Shown: positions 47,571 to 56,732 of the stretch, piece after piece
How positions within the stretch are numbered: position 1 is the stretch's first letter
How the letters are laid out: every line of letters starts with the position of its first letter
Assembly: GCA_048885525.1 (NCBI GenBank)
Contig: JBHLLP010000022.1
Span: 1-56,732 of the forward strand
Direction: 5' to 3'
Source of the DNA: Candidatus Hermodarchaeota archaeon
GTDB lineage: Archaea; Asgardarchaeota; Lokiarchaeia; Sigyniarchaeales; SOKP01
Length of the DNA: 56,732 nt
The notes under the pieces: generated by a model
Databases searched by the model: none
What the model was told of the DNA's origin: nothing
The model's input: only the letters and a program-made list of their open reading frames with translations
Made by a program: the position numbers and the translations under genes

Positions 47571-47819
47571 TTTAATCTTTTCTAATTAGGAATTATTTCT
47601 ATTTTAATGATCCTATTTTAAAAAATTAAACGGTTTGGTTAAACTCATATGATAACTATAGTGAACAAAAGTAATTTATAGAATAAATTTATATTTCTTT
47701 TAATAATGGAATCTCAATTCACTAAATATTTCTTTTAGTAATACGATAAAAAAGCATTCTAAAATTAATTTTAAAAACTTTTTTCATTTTAATTAAAAAT
47801 GTGGAAAAAACAGAATAAT

Positions 47820-48464
47820 TTAACTAGTTTTCCTTCTTTGAAATCTCTTTAAATTTTTCTGCCTTTTTTGTTCTAAAGGTTTCATATAACCCAATAAATC
47901 ATCAAATACTATTTTTTGGTGTAAATGTGGACGAAACACAAACTTATAATATTTTTTTTTCCAATAGAAGCGTAGACTATTAAGATATAATAATATTTCT
48001 TTAATTTGCTGAGGTTTGATTTCAGTATATGAAGTTACTACATTTTCTTCGGTATTAGATTCGACATTCCTTTTTAATAAACTACCGTCTATTTTTAAGA
48101 TGTAGACAGTTCCATTTAAATAAGCATTATTTTCTTTATTGTAAGTCAATCCTATGTATTGAGCATATAACTTAAAATTTTGTCTGATTTTAGCTTCTAA
48201 GTAATTTTTTTGAATTACATCACGATTTTTATTCTTTATTAAAATTTTTAATTCTGAATCCTCCATTTCTCCTTTGTTTGTTTGGAGCATTTCATAATAT
48301 CTTACTTGTAGACTAGTAAATATTAAACTCTCGATATCACTATAAAAATCTTGTACTTCAAGTGCTAAAATTCTATCATCTTTGATATGATCCCATATTA
48401 TAAAGAAAAGTACGGCAATAGAAACGCCTAAACTAATATATACAAGGATATCCTCGGGAGGCAT
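47820..48464 (-). CDS. Hypothetical protein with N-terminal TM anchor
   Basis: ILVYISLGVSIAVLFFIIW, then a soluble helical domain and a basic tail. Confidence 0.7.
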   Translation of the reverse strand: MPPEDILVYISLGVSIAVLFFIIWDHIKDDRILALEVQDFYSDIESLIFTSLQVRYYEMLQTNKGEMEDSELKILIKNKNRDVIQKNYLEAKIRQNFKLYAQYIGLTYNKENNAYLNGTVYILKIDGSLLKRNVESNTEENVVTSYTEIKPQQIKEILLYLNSLRFYWKKKYYKFVFRPHLHQKIVFDDLLGYMKPLEQKRQKNLKRFQRRKTS

Positions 48465-48694
48465 TTTTAATAGATATTTGTTTTTTTTAAAGTATTTTTA
48501 AGTTAGTTAATTATAGATATCTATTCTTTTTAAAATCATGATGAAATCTCTTAAGATTATTTTAAGATAAAATAAAAAACTTATACCAATAAAATTATAA
48601 CTCTTTCCCTAAATACAGAGAACAAATGAAGAATATAAATATGATGATTCTTCTAATATTTTAAAATAATGTAATAATTTTGGAGTAAATCTTA

Positions 48695-49108
48695 ATGTCC
48701 GATCAAAAACAAAAATATAGTAAAGAAGAAATTGAAAGTAGATTAGCGTTATTTGAAGGTATTATAATTGGAATTTATGGCAACTGGTTAGTCTCCCTCA
48801 TCCAAATGATATCGTTTATTTCACCTCTAATTATACTGCAGAGCATATTAACCATTTTTTCCTTAAGTTGTTTAATTGCTTTACTTGCCATAAGGATTTT
48901 TGGAAGTCGACTAGAATCTCGTATTGAAGTCTTAGTCTTAAGTTGTGGTCATTTCTTACCACTTTGTATAACTCTAATTATCGAAAGACTACTGATTAAA
49001 GACGCCTTTTTCTTAATGATAGGATTAATTTTATTCATTATGATTTATTATGCTGAATTTGAACGTGTAAGGAGAAAAAAGACAAATGTTAATATCAATA
49101 AAATTTGA
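48695..49108 (+). CDS. Hypothetical 4-TM membrane protein
   Basis: Four hydrophobic segments and a basic C-terminus. Confidence 0.7.
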   Translation: MSDQKQKYSKEEIESRLALFEGIIIGIYGNWLVSLIQMISFISPLIILQSILTIFSLSCLIALLAIRIFGSRLESRIEVLVLSCGHFLPLCITLIIERLLIKDAFFLMIGLILFIMIYYAEFERVRRKKTNVNINKI

Positions 49109-49152
49109 ATTAGATAAGTATATCAAATCGAATTTTAACAGAGTAAAATTTT

Positions 49153-49779
49153 TTAAATATCAATATTGATACCATAATTCTTAAGATCTTCCACTAATTT
49201 TTCCGTATAGTAATAATGGATTCCTTTAAAACCTAAAGATCGTGCCATCTTTACATTTTTCTTTTCATCATCAATTAATATGGTTTCCGATGGTTTACAT
49301 TTGATATGTTTGATTAACTCTTCATAGAATTCAATATCATCTTTATTTTTCTTATAATCAAAGCTAAATACGGCATCGTCAAAATATTTTAAAAAATCAC
49401 ATTTATTATCCAAGTATTCAACCCGCTCTCTGACATTACCACTGAAAATTAGTAATCGATATTTTTTTTTTAAACTCTTTATTAAATCCTCAATGCCATA
49501 ATGAATACAATAAGACCCAAACCATATATATCTAGTATGCTTTCTTTCTCTTTTGTTAATTTCTAATTTTGAAAACAGTTTTTCTTCAAACTCATCCATA
49601 GTCATTAATCCTTTCCTTAACAAGTGACCCTCTGAATTTGGTGTATCACTAAAAAATTCTCGAAGTAATTTTTCATTTTTAATATCATAAATTTCTCTAA
49701 TTTTTTCGATTGCTAAATAAGATCCAGGTGTAAAATAGACTCCTCCTAAATCAAAAATTATTGTTTTAATATTGTTCAT
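49153..49779 (-). CDS. HAD-superfamily hydrolase (YihX-like)
   Basis: IIFDLGGV, K and IDD...NV..A..LG motifs. Confidence 0.9.
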   Translation of the reverse strand: MNNIKTIIFDLGGVYFTPGSYLAIEKIREIYDIKNEKLLREFFSDTPNSEGHLLRKGLMTMDEFEEKLFSKLEINKRERKHTRYIWFGSYCIHYGIEDLIKSLKKKYRLLIFSGNVRERVEYLDNKCDFLKYFDDAVFSFDYKKNKDDIEFYEELIKHIKCKPSETILIDDEKKNVKMARSLGFKGIHYYYTEKLVEDLKNYGINIDI

Positions 49780-49982
49780 TTTTTACAATCTTTCCTGTTT
49801 TTATTATTTCAAATTCTAAGAATTCATAAGATAAAGCTAATTATTATATAACTTTTGAATAATAAAAGGGGCTTTTAAAACTTAATTATAATATAAAGAA
49901 TTAATTAACTTTAAAGCAAAATTAAAATTATAACTCAAATTTCTTTATTAAATATAAATTTTAATAATCAAGTGAAAAAACT

Positions 49983-51758
49983 ATAAACCTAAGGAATCGA
50001 TTATCATCTATTAAGGAAAAGTTATATCAAAAACTTACATCGTTCTTTAAAGAAGAGGTTGATAGTAGAGATCTAAAAAATCTTGCAAAAATTATATTAT
50101 TAATTATAGTCTTGATTTTCACACTTGCCGCTTTAAATTTTAATAAATTTCAAAGTTATCGAAAATGTGAAAGAATTCAGTTTTATTCAGCGGGAGCTAC
50201 GCTATACGCAAATTTATATTATCCCTCTAGAACCTTATCTTTTCAAGAGAAAAAACCTTTGATTATTTATTGCCATGGAATTGGTAGCCAACGTGATTTC
50301 GATCTTAGGATTCCTATAGAATTTACTAAGCGCGGCTTCTACGTTGCTGCTTTGGATTATCACGGACACGGCGAAAGTGGTGGTACAATTAATGATATTG
50401 ACAGTTCAACAAATTCACCTGCTCTTGCTCAAGATTGTACAAAGTTATTAGAAAAGCTCAAGAGTTCATCATTTTTTTCAGATATTAACACATCTCAAAT
50501 TGGATTAATTGGTCATTCACTTGGAGGTATGGTTGTTCTTATGAATCAAGCTCTTAATCCAGATTTTAAGGCAACAGTTGCTTGGGCTCCCCTTGTAAAT
50601 TTCACACCGCCTAAATTTGGGCTTGGGTGGCAAGGATATGAGCAATATATACCTGCCAATTTAATTAATGCTACCAATTCAGAAAATCTACTGATTATTA
50701 TGCATGTAAATGATGAAGCCTTAAATTATTCTGAACAAGCATTGTTAGCAAAAAAATTAACAAATTGTACAGTTATTAATGTAACTAGACCTCTAATTGG
50801 AGGTGGTCATCAGTTATTCTCAAACCAAGTTCTTCTTGATTCAATTCAATATTTCGAAATACAATTTTTTAATTCTGAAAGCATAAATGGACCAATTACG
50901 ATAACTTATATTTGGAATTATGTATTAATTTTTCTAAACTTAGGGCTACTAATCTCTATCATTCTTCTACTTATTTCATATAGTTCAAAATTTTTTCGAT
51001 TAAATTCAAAATCAAGCAATCCCGTTATTAAGAATGAAAACAAACGCTTTCCTAAAACGAGAAAAATCGGCAAAATAGTATTAATACTTTTTTTCTCATC
51101 GATTTTTATTTTAAATTGGCAGTTATTTGCATCTATTTTTGGTTTGATTGGAGTATTTTTTGCATCCCTTCTTTTTAGTCTCTTCTACTTAATAATCAAA
51201 ATAATTAAATATTTCATAGGTTTTAAAAAAAAAAAAGTTGAATCTAAATTAAAAGAAATAATAAATCATATTAAAAATGAATTAGATATAAAAATTCTTA
51301 TCTATTCAATCATATGTGCTTGGTATTTTATCGTTATTTATTTAATTTTTTCATTCTTCTACCCTTTTGCTTTTATATGGCCTTCAAATCTCATAGCTAT
51401 ATTTATTTCGATATTATTTTTTCCAGTTTATTATTCAATAGAAATATTATTTCGAAAGCTCATATACCCTCTATTAAGTTTTGTAAAATCTGAAAAAGCT
51501 AAAGCAAAACTAATTATATTCTATACATTTATAATATATGGAATCTTAATGATTTTTGCTCAAAATTTTTCTTACTTACCTTCTGTTTTATTTACCTTCT
51601 TAATTTTACTTATAGCTACTGCCGTTAATACTATAATTTATGAACATACAAAAAGATTTAGTGCAGTAATATTGAGTTCTTTTAATATAATCCAAGTATT
51701 TTTCTCAGCTGTAATCTCAAATGTAATAGGAATTGGTATAGTTGGTCATTTATTTTAA
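49983..51758 (+). CDS. Alpha/beta hydrolase with N-terminal TM and C-terminal multi-TM domain (591 aa if started at ATA 49983)
   Basis: HG, DYHGHGES, GHSLGG nucleophile elbow and GGH; about 8 C-terminal TMs. The in-frame extension completes the N-terminal TM (KIILLIIVLIFTLAAL). Confidence 0.85.
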   Translation: MNLRNRLSSIKEKLYQKLTSFFKEEVDSRDLKNLAKIILLIIVLIFTLAALNFNKFQSYRKCERIQFYSAGATLYANLYYPSRTLSFQEKKPLIIYCHGIGSQRDFDLRIPIEFTKRGFYVAALDYHGHGESGGTINDIDSSTNSPALAQDCTKLLEKLKSSSFFSDINTSQIGLIGHSLGGMVVLMNQALNPDFKATVAWAPLVNFTPPKFGLGWQGYEQYIPANLINATNSENLLIIMHVNDEALNYSEQALLAKKLTNCTVINVTRPLIGGGHQLFSNQVLLDSIQYFEIQFFNSESINGPITITYIWNYVLIFLNLGLLISIILLLISYSSKFFRLNSKSSNPVIKNENKRFPKTRKIGKIVLILFFSSIFILNWQLFASIFGLIGVFFASLLFSLFYLIIKIIKYFIGFKKKKVESKLKEIINHIKNELDIKILIYSIICAWYFIVIYLIFSFFYPFAFIWPSNLIAIFISILFFPVYYSIEILFRKLIYPLLSFVKSEKAKAKLIIFYTFIIYGILMIFAQNFSYLPSVLFTFLILLIATAVNTIIYEHTKRFSAVILSSFNIIQVFFSAVISNVIGIGIVGHLF

Positions 51759-51780
51759 TAACTATTAAGATTTTCTCAAT

Positions 51781-52104
51781 TCAATCCTTTACCATTTTTA
51801 ATAGTTTTATGATCTTTTTCTCATCTAAACCTTCAATAGTGTTAATTTTAATATGTTTTGTTGTTTTACCACTCCCTTCAAATAATGATATCTCTTCTTT
51901 ATTTAACCCTTTAATCGAGAAACCCAGATTTACATGTGTTTTTAAAGCAACAATGTAATATCTATTTCCATAATAAGGAACTCCATATTTCATCTCCTCA
52001 ACTATATTTGGAAATGTACTCAATATAATTTCTCTTAATTTCTGACAAATCTCCTTTTGAGGAGATTTTTGTTTTTCTATATACTCATTAACTTTATTTT
52101 CCAT
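51781..52104 (-). CDS. DUF1801/YdhG-like small protein
   Basis: V.EYI...LREII..FP...E.MKYGVP.Y...HVNLGF...GSGK..KHIK pattern. Confidence 0.8.
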   Translation of the reverse strand: MENKVNEYIEKQKSPQKEICQKLREIILSTFPNIVEEMKYGVPYYGNRYYIVALKTHVNLGFSIKGLNKEEISLFEGSGKTTKHIKINTIEGLDEKKIIKLLKMVKD

Positions 52105-52394
52105 AGTCTTGTTTTAAATACCCTTTGATTAAATTTTATCTTCAAGATAGTAAGAATTTTTAAATTTCTATCTTTTAAAAATTAACTTCCCAGTTGCTTT
52201 TTTATATTTAAACAAATCTGTTTAAATAAACTTAATTTTTTTATGTCATACTAAGACTATCTTCTATTATTAGTATTATTCTATGAAACTCTACCCAAAA
52301 TTTGAGAGAAGTTCATTTAAAAGATTAGTTAATTATTATAACTATATTTTATTAAATTACATAAGAATAATTAGCTAATTAATGTGATTTAAGA

Positions 52395-54071
52395 TTGTTT
52401 GATAAAAATTATTTGGAAAAAATCAGAGAAGAAAAAGATAATTGGGAGAAGTTTTATAAAGACCAGAAAGAACGAGGTGTTAAATTCGTCACTGATTCTG
52501 AAATCCCTATTAAAAACCTTTACACACCTTTAGATATAAAAGATAAAGATTATTCAAAAGATATCAGTTTTCCTGGAATACCGCCTTATACACGTGGTGT
52601 TTATCCCTCAATGTATAGAGGACGTTTATGGACTATGAGATTGTTTTCAGGTCATGGAACTCCTGAAGAAACTAATAAAAGATGGAAGTTTCTTTATGAG
52701 AATGGTGAAACTGGTTTTAGTGCAGCAGTTGATGCACTAACTTTTAACGGAATTGATCCTACAAATAAGGATGGAGCTCCAGAAGTAGGAACTTCAGGTG
52801 TACCACTTTATTGTATTGATAGTCTTTTTGCTCTTACAGAAGATATCCCAATTGATAAGATTAGCGTAGCTTTAGTGGTAGAACCATTTACAACTGCCCC
52901 TGTATGTTCAATGTATTTTAATATGGCTCAAATGCGTGGATATGATATTAAACAACTGATAGGAACAACTCAAAATGATATTTTAACTATGACTGTAGGA
53001 TATATTCCCTATAAGAATAGTCCGCCCAACCACATACTTCGTCTAGCTTGTGATTTTATTGAATGGACAGTAGCACAGAAAAATGTCCCTAGATGGCATC
53101 CAATAAACTTCACAGGATATAATTATCGAGAAGGAGGAATTGATGCAGTTCAGGAATTGGCATTTGTATTCGCAAGTGCATGTTCTCATATTGATAATTT
53201 AATTGAAAGGGGATGGAAAGCTGATGATTTTGTAGGGCGCTTAGCATTTCACTTAGCAGCACATAAAGACTTTTTCGAAGAAATAGCTAAATTTAGAGCT
53301 GCTAGGAGAATTTGGTATAAATTAATGAAAGATAAATATGAGGTTAAGGATCCAAGGAACTTAGGTTTTCGATTCCATGTACAAACTGCGGGATCTTCTT
53401 TAACAGCACAATCACCTAAAATTAATATAGTAAGAACTGCAATTCAAGCCTTAGAAGCAAATTTAGGAGGGTGCCAATCCTTACATACCAATTCTTATGA
53501 TGAGGCTATTTGTCTACCATCTGAAGAAGCTGCTTTAGTTGCTTTAAGAACTCAACAAGTAATTTCAGATGAAATAAGAATTCATAATACAATAGATCCT
53601 CTCGCAGGTTCATACTTTATCGAATGGTTAACAGATGAAGTTGAAGAACGAGTCTGGAATTATATTGATAGGATACAAAAAGTTGGTACAATCGATAAGG
53701 CGCTCTCATCAGGATTCTTATATAAAGAAATGAGGGATGCTTTCCATAGACGGAGAATGAAACTCGAGAATGGAGATGAAATAATGCTTGGAGTTAATAA
53801 ATATATTGTACCTTATGACACAGTTACAGATGTTTTTAGAACTAATGAAGAAGCAATAAATATTGAAGTTCGTCGAATTGAAAAACTAAAAGCTAGGCGA
53901 GATAATGCGAAATTAGAAAAAATATTAGATAAATTGCGTAATGTATGCGAAAAAGAAGAGAATGTAATGCCAGTTGTCATGGAAGCAACGAAGGAAGGAG
54001 CTACTGTTGGAGAAGTATGCAATATTTATAGAGAAATATGGGGAACTTGGGATCCTCCATTGGCGATCTAA
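52395..54071 (+). CDS. AdoCbl-dependent acyl-CoA mutase, large (substrate-binding) subunit
   Basis: PYTRG, WTMR, QNDIL, EEIAKFRAAR, HTNSYDEA, RTQQ and DPLAGS. TTG start 7 nt after GTGA. Confidence 0.95.
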   Translation: MFDKNYLEKIREEKDNWEKFYKDQKERGVKFVTDSEIPIKNLYTPLDIKDKDYSKDISFPGIPPYTRGVYPSMYRGRLWTMRLFSGHGTPEETNKRWKFLYENGETGFSAAVDALTFNGIDPTNKDGAPEVGTSGVPLYCIDSLFALTEDIPIDKISVALVVEPFTTAPVCSMYFNMAQMRGYDIKQLIGTTQNDILTMTVGYIPYKNSPPNHILRLACDFIEWTVAQKNVPRWHPINFTGYNYREGGIDAVQELAFVFASACSHIDNLIERGWKADDFVGRLAFHLAAHKDFFEEIAKFRAARRIWYKLMKDKYEVKDPRNLGFRFHVQTAGSSLTAQSPKINIVRTAIQALEANLGGCQSLHTNSYDEAICLPSEEAALVALRTQQVISDEIRIHNTIDPLAGSYFIEWLTDEVEERVWNYIDRIQKVGTIDKALSSGFLYKEMRDAFHRRRMKLENGDEIMLGVNKYIVPYDTVTDVFRTNEEAINIEVRRIEKLKARRDNAKLEKILDKLRNVCEKEENVMPVVMEATKEGATVGEVCNIYREIWGTWDPPLAI

Positions 54072-54088
54072 ATACTGAGGTGTTTTGT

Positions 54089-54487
54089 ATGAGTGAGAGA
54101 AAAATAAGAGTATTAATGTCTAAACCTGGTATTGATGGCCATTGGCGTGGTGGAATTGTTGTATCAAGAGCTATTAGAGACGCTGGAATGGAACTTATTT
54201 TTGGAGGATTTCAAAATGTGCACCAGATCGTTGAATCGGCAATACAAGAGGATGTAGATGTAATAGGATTAAGTATTCATTCTGGAGCTCACTTTGCCTA
54301 TACACAGCAGGTTATTGATTTATTAAAAGAGCGTGGGGTTATAGATAATATTATGATACTTGTTGGTGGTGTAGTTCCCGCAAAAGACTTTCCGAAATTA
54401 AAAGAAATGGGTGTTGCAAATATATACGGTCCAGGCTCAATGACTTCCGATATTGTCGAATTTATAAAGACGCATGTCAAAAAATAA
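54089..54487 (+). CDS. Cobalamin-binding small subunit of the acyl-CoA mutase
   Basis: DGHWRG (DxHxxG), QEDVDVIGLS and GGVVP. Start reassigned to ATG 54089 (SD GAGGTG). Confidence 0.93.
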   Translation: MSERKIRVLMSKPGIDGHWRGGIVVSRAIRDAGMELIFGGFQNVHQIVESAIQEDVDVIGLSIHSGAHFAYTQQVIDLLKERGVIDNIMILVGGVVPAKDFPKLKEMGVANIYGPGSMTSDIVEFIKTHVKK

Positions 54488-54557
54488 AAAAGACATGTAA
54501 TATTTTTTTAATCAATTTTTAATTTTACAACTATTTCTCGTTGAGGAATGTATTTCA

Positions 54558-55532
54558 TTGAAAGCGGCTTATGATCTTGATACATTAATTAATAAGTTTA
54601 AGAATAAAGATAAGATCGCTTTAGCAAGGTTAATTACTATCATAGAAAATGAACCAGAAAAAGCACATGAGATATTTAAGCATTTTGAAAATGTAACTCA
54701 TGATTCATATATAATTGGAATTACTGGATCTCCTGGTGTTGGAAAAAGTACATTAACAGGTCAAATCTCTAAAAAATTATTAGAAGAAGGAAAATCTGTG
54801 GGTATTATATGTGTTGATCCTACTTCTCCGTTTAGTGGAGGGGCTTTTTTAGGGGATAGAGTGCGTATGACAGATATATCACTACATCCAAATATATTTC
54901 TTCGAAGTCTAGCATCAAGAGGATATAAAGGAGGAATTTCTAGAGCTGTTTTTGATATAAGTTTATTATTTGAAGCTTATGGAATGGATGTAATTATTAT
55001 TGAGACTGTAGGCGTTGGACAAGCTGAATTTGATATATATAATCTCGCATATACAGTTGTAGTAGTATTAGTACCTGGATATGGTGATGCAATTCAAATG
55101 CAAAAAGCTGGTATCATTGAGATTGGCGATATGTATAACATAAATAAAAAAGATTTAGGTGGAGAAGATATAGCCGTTCAAATTGAGATGATGCTTGATG
55201 ATACTACCTTTCAAAGTGGATGGAGGCCACCAGTTTCTATGACTGATGCAATTGCGGGTGAAGGCATTGAAGAACTTATCCAAAATATATGGGATCATAA
55301 GGAGCATCTTGAACTTTCAGAAGCAATAAATTTAAAAAAGAAAAACAGGTTTTCTTTTAAGATTAAAGAATTAATTTATTCTAAAATTGAAAAACTAATC
55401 TCAGAAAGTTTCATTAATGAAAAAGAGATTAAAGAAATTGTGAACCATGCTGTAGATGATGGAAAATTCAAAATTTACCGAAGGATTCACAATAAATTCG
55501 AAGATATTAATTTCGAAATAAAAAAAAAATGA
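54558..55532 (+). CDS. meaB: MeaB/ArgK G-protein chaperone of B12 mutases
   Basis: GITGSPGVGKST, VDPTSPFSGGA.LGDRVRM, ETVGVGQ and KAG..EI. Confidence 0.94.
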   Translation: MKAAYDLDTLINKFKNKDKIALARLITIIENEPEKAHEIFKHFENVTHDSYIIGITGSPGVGKSTLTGQISKKLLEEGKSVGIICVDPTSPFSGGAFLGDRVRMTDISLHPNIFLRSLASRGYKGGISRAVFDISLLFEAYGMDVIIIETVGVGQAEFDIYNLAYTVVVVLVPGYGDAIQMQKAGIIEIGDMYNINKKDLGGEDIAVQIEMMLDDTTFQSGWRPPVSMTDAIAGEGIEELIQNIWDHKEHLELSEAINLKKKNRFSFKIKELIYSKIEKLISESFINEKEIKEIVNHAVDDGKFKIYRRIHNKFEDINFEIKKK

Positions 55533-55539
55533 TTGAAGT

Positions 55540-56346
55540 ATGCCCATACTAGGAATCGATTACGAAAAATGCATAGATAGTAAAATTTGCTTAATTACAT
55601 GTCCAAGATGTTTTAGACGAGATAAAGAACAAGATAAAGTAGTATTTGAAGATCCTCAAAATCTGTGTAATTTATGTGGGCGTTGCATTGCAATGTGTCC
55701 TGTGGATGCTATTCTTTATGAAAATATTGGAGAAGTAGTAACTTTCGAAGGTGTTCATGATCCTGGCACATTAATTTCGTATGAAACAATGCATAAATTC
55801 ATGAGTGCTAAAAGATCTATGAGAAGATTCAAAAAAGAAAAGGTTCCAAGAGCTATAATGGAAAAGGTCTTAGATTCTATGAAATATGCTCCCACAGGTG
55901 CTAATATCCGAACATTAGAATGTACAATTATCTCAGATGATAATGTAATTAAAAAATTGTCAGAATCAGTTATGGATGTGATAATTGGTTCGAATATTCC
56001 AAGATATAGTGAAAATCTTAAGAAAGTAAGAGAATTAGGCTATGATGCAATATTTTATAATGCCCCTCATGTAATGATTATTCATTCAACCAATCCAAAT
56101 GATAATATGAATGCTACTATAGCTCTGACATATGGGATGTTAAGTGCTCAATCCTTGGGGTTAGGTACCTGCTGGATTGGTTTAGCTCATCGAGTTTTAA
56201 TATCAAATAAAGAAATACGAGAGGAAATTGCAGGAATTCAAGGTAACGTTTGGGGCGTTATAATTATTGGCTACCCCAAGCAAAAATTCTTCAGAGTACC
56301 ACCCCGTCCCTCAATAAAAACTAGAGGATTAGATGAACTAGGTTAA
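55540..56346 (+). CDS. Nitroreductase with N-terminal ferredoxin domain
   Basis: CNLCGRCIAMCP (first cluster motif degenerate: CIDSKICLITCP), KRSMRRF, APTGAN and GLGTCWIG. Confidence 0.92.
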   Translation: MPILGIDYEKCIDSKICLITCPRCFRRDKEQDKVVFEDPQNLCNLCGRCIAMCPVDAILYENIGEVVTFEGVHDPGTLISYETMHKFMSAKRSMRRFKKEKVPRAIMEKVLDSMKYAPTGANIRTLECTIISDDNVIKKLSESVMDVIIGSNIPRYSENLKKVRELGYDAIFYNAPHVMIIHSTNPNDNMNATIALTYGMLSAQSLGLGTCWIGLAHRVLISNKEIREEIAGIQGNVWGVIIIGYPKQKFFRVPPRPSIKTRGLDELG

Positions 56347-56732
56347 TTCTTTTTAAAAAACGATTTCAACTGTTAAAACATATGGAAGGTATCCTTTAAA
56401 ACTATAAATTGGGATTAAAAATCCAAAAAACCGAAATAATAATATTTTGGAAATATTATCCCCTAACTCCAGAAAAAGTATTAGAAAACAAACAAAAACT
56501 TAAATAATTAGGTTTTTAATCTCTCTTTTTTCTTTAAAACAGAGATTTTCTTCCATGGCATCATTAACTTCTTTAAATAAATCTCTCATTAATTTATTAT
56601 TTATCTCAAAATTTTTTGAGTCTAAATAATTATATAATTCCTCTTTTGTGAAACTATCGTTTCCTAATTCTTTTATTAGAGAAGTTTTTATTTTTTTATT
56701 TAATCTTGGGTTTTCATATCCTTTTTATATTT

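Noticed and set aside
54038-54088. Tracked N-terminal 17 aa of the B12-binding subunit
   Set aside because: It overlaps the mutase stop; ATG 54089 has SD GAGGTG.
56500-56724. Open minus-strand frame (KGYENPRLNKKIKTSLIKELG...IKNLII*) at the window end
   Set aside because: It looks protein-like but is bounded by a TAA at 56727-56725 and has no clear start or family motif. It may be a frameshifted 3' gene end and cannot be resolved without flanking sequence.
1-56732. CRISPR arrays, tRNA/rRNA, transposases, integrases, defence systems
   Set aside because: I saw no regularly spaced repeats, no GC-rich structural RNA blocks and no recombinase or nuclease motifs.

Overview
An AT-rich archaeal chromosomal segment, most likely from an Asgard archaeon of the Lokiarchaeia. 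This assignment is inferred from the GGTGA Shine-Dalgarno (SD) motifs, TTTAAATA/TTTATTAA TATA boxes, an IPGY-TM-RR (Loki-CTERM-like) tail, a TPR-RING protein and a roadblock protein. I found no rRNA, tRNA, CRISPR array or transposase. The left part (about 0-24 kb) is an anaerobic acyl-CoA cluster: three MaoC hydratases, an acyl-CoA ligase, a thiolase, a 2-hydroxyacyl-CoA dehydratase-family subunit with its activase, a tungsten AOR with an Fe-S partner and MoaD, a PanE-like reductase, and ACAD-EtfBA. The rest holds an Opp/Dpp ABC cluster whose two ATPases carry membrane domains, a sulfatase, GapN, ion transporters and a B12 mutase/MeaB operon with non-canonical active-site residues. Four signals stand out. 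(1) Four genes (corA, aor, a roadblock protein, a hydrolase) have N-terminal coding extensions with no ATG/GTG/TTG and appear to start at ATA or ATT 6-7 nt after a (G)GTGA SD. (2) A self-contained divergent module at 43.2-45.6 kb has two paralogous ~220-aa coiled-coil proteins, an unannotated Lys6/acidic-Tyr microprotein and an RHH regulator around mirror-image TATA boxes and a perfect 22-bp palindrome. (3) A TPR protein ends in a NOT4-like C4C4 RING. (4) A TGGGAA-N4-TACCCA motif precedes two catabolic operons, and a candidate sRNA sits at about 18.7 kb. All family calls come from reading motifs by eye; no searches were run.
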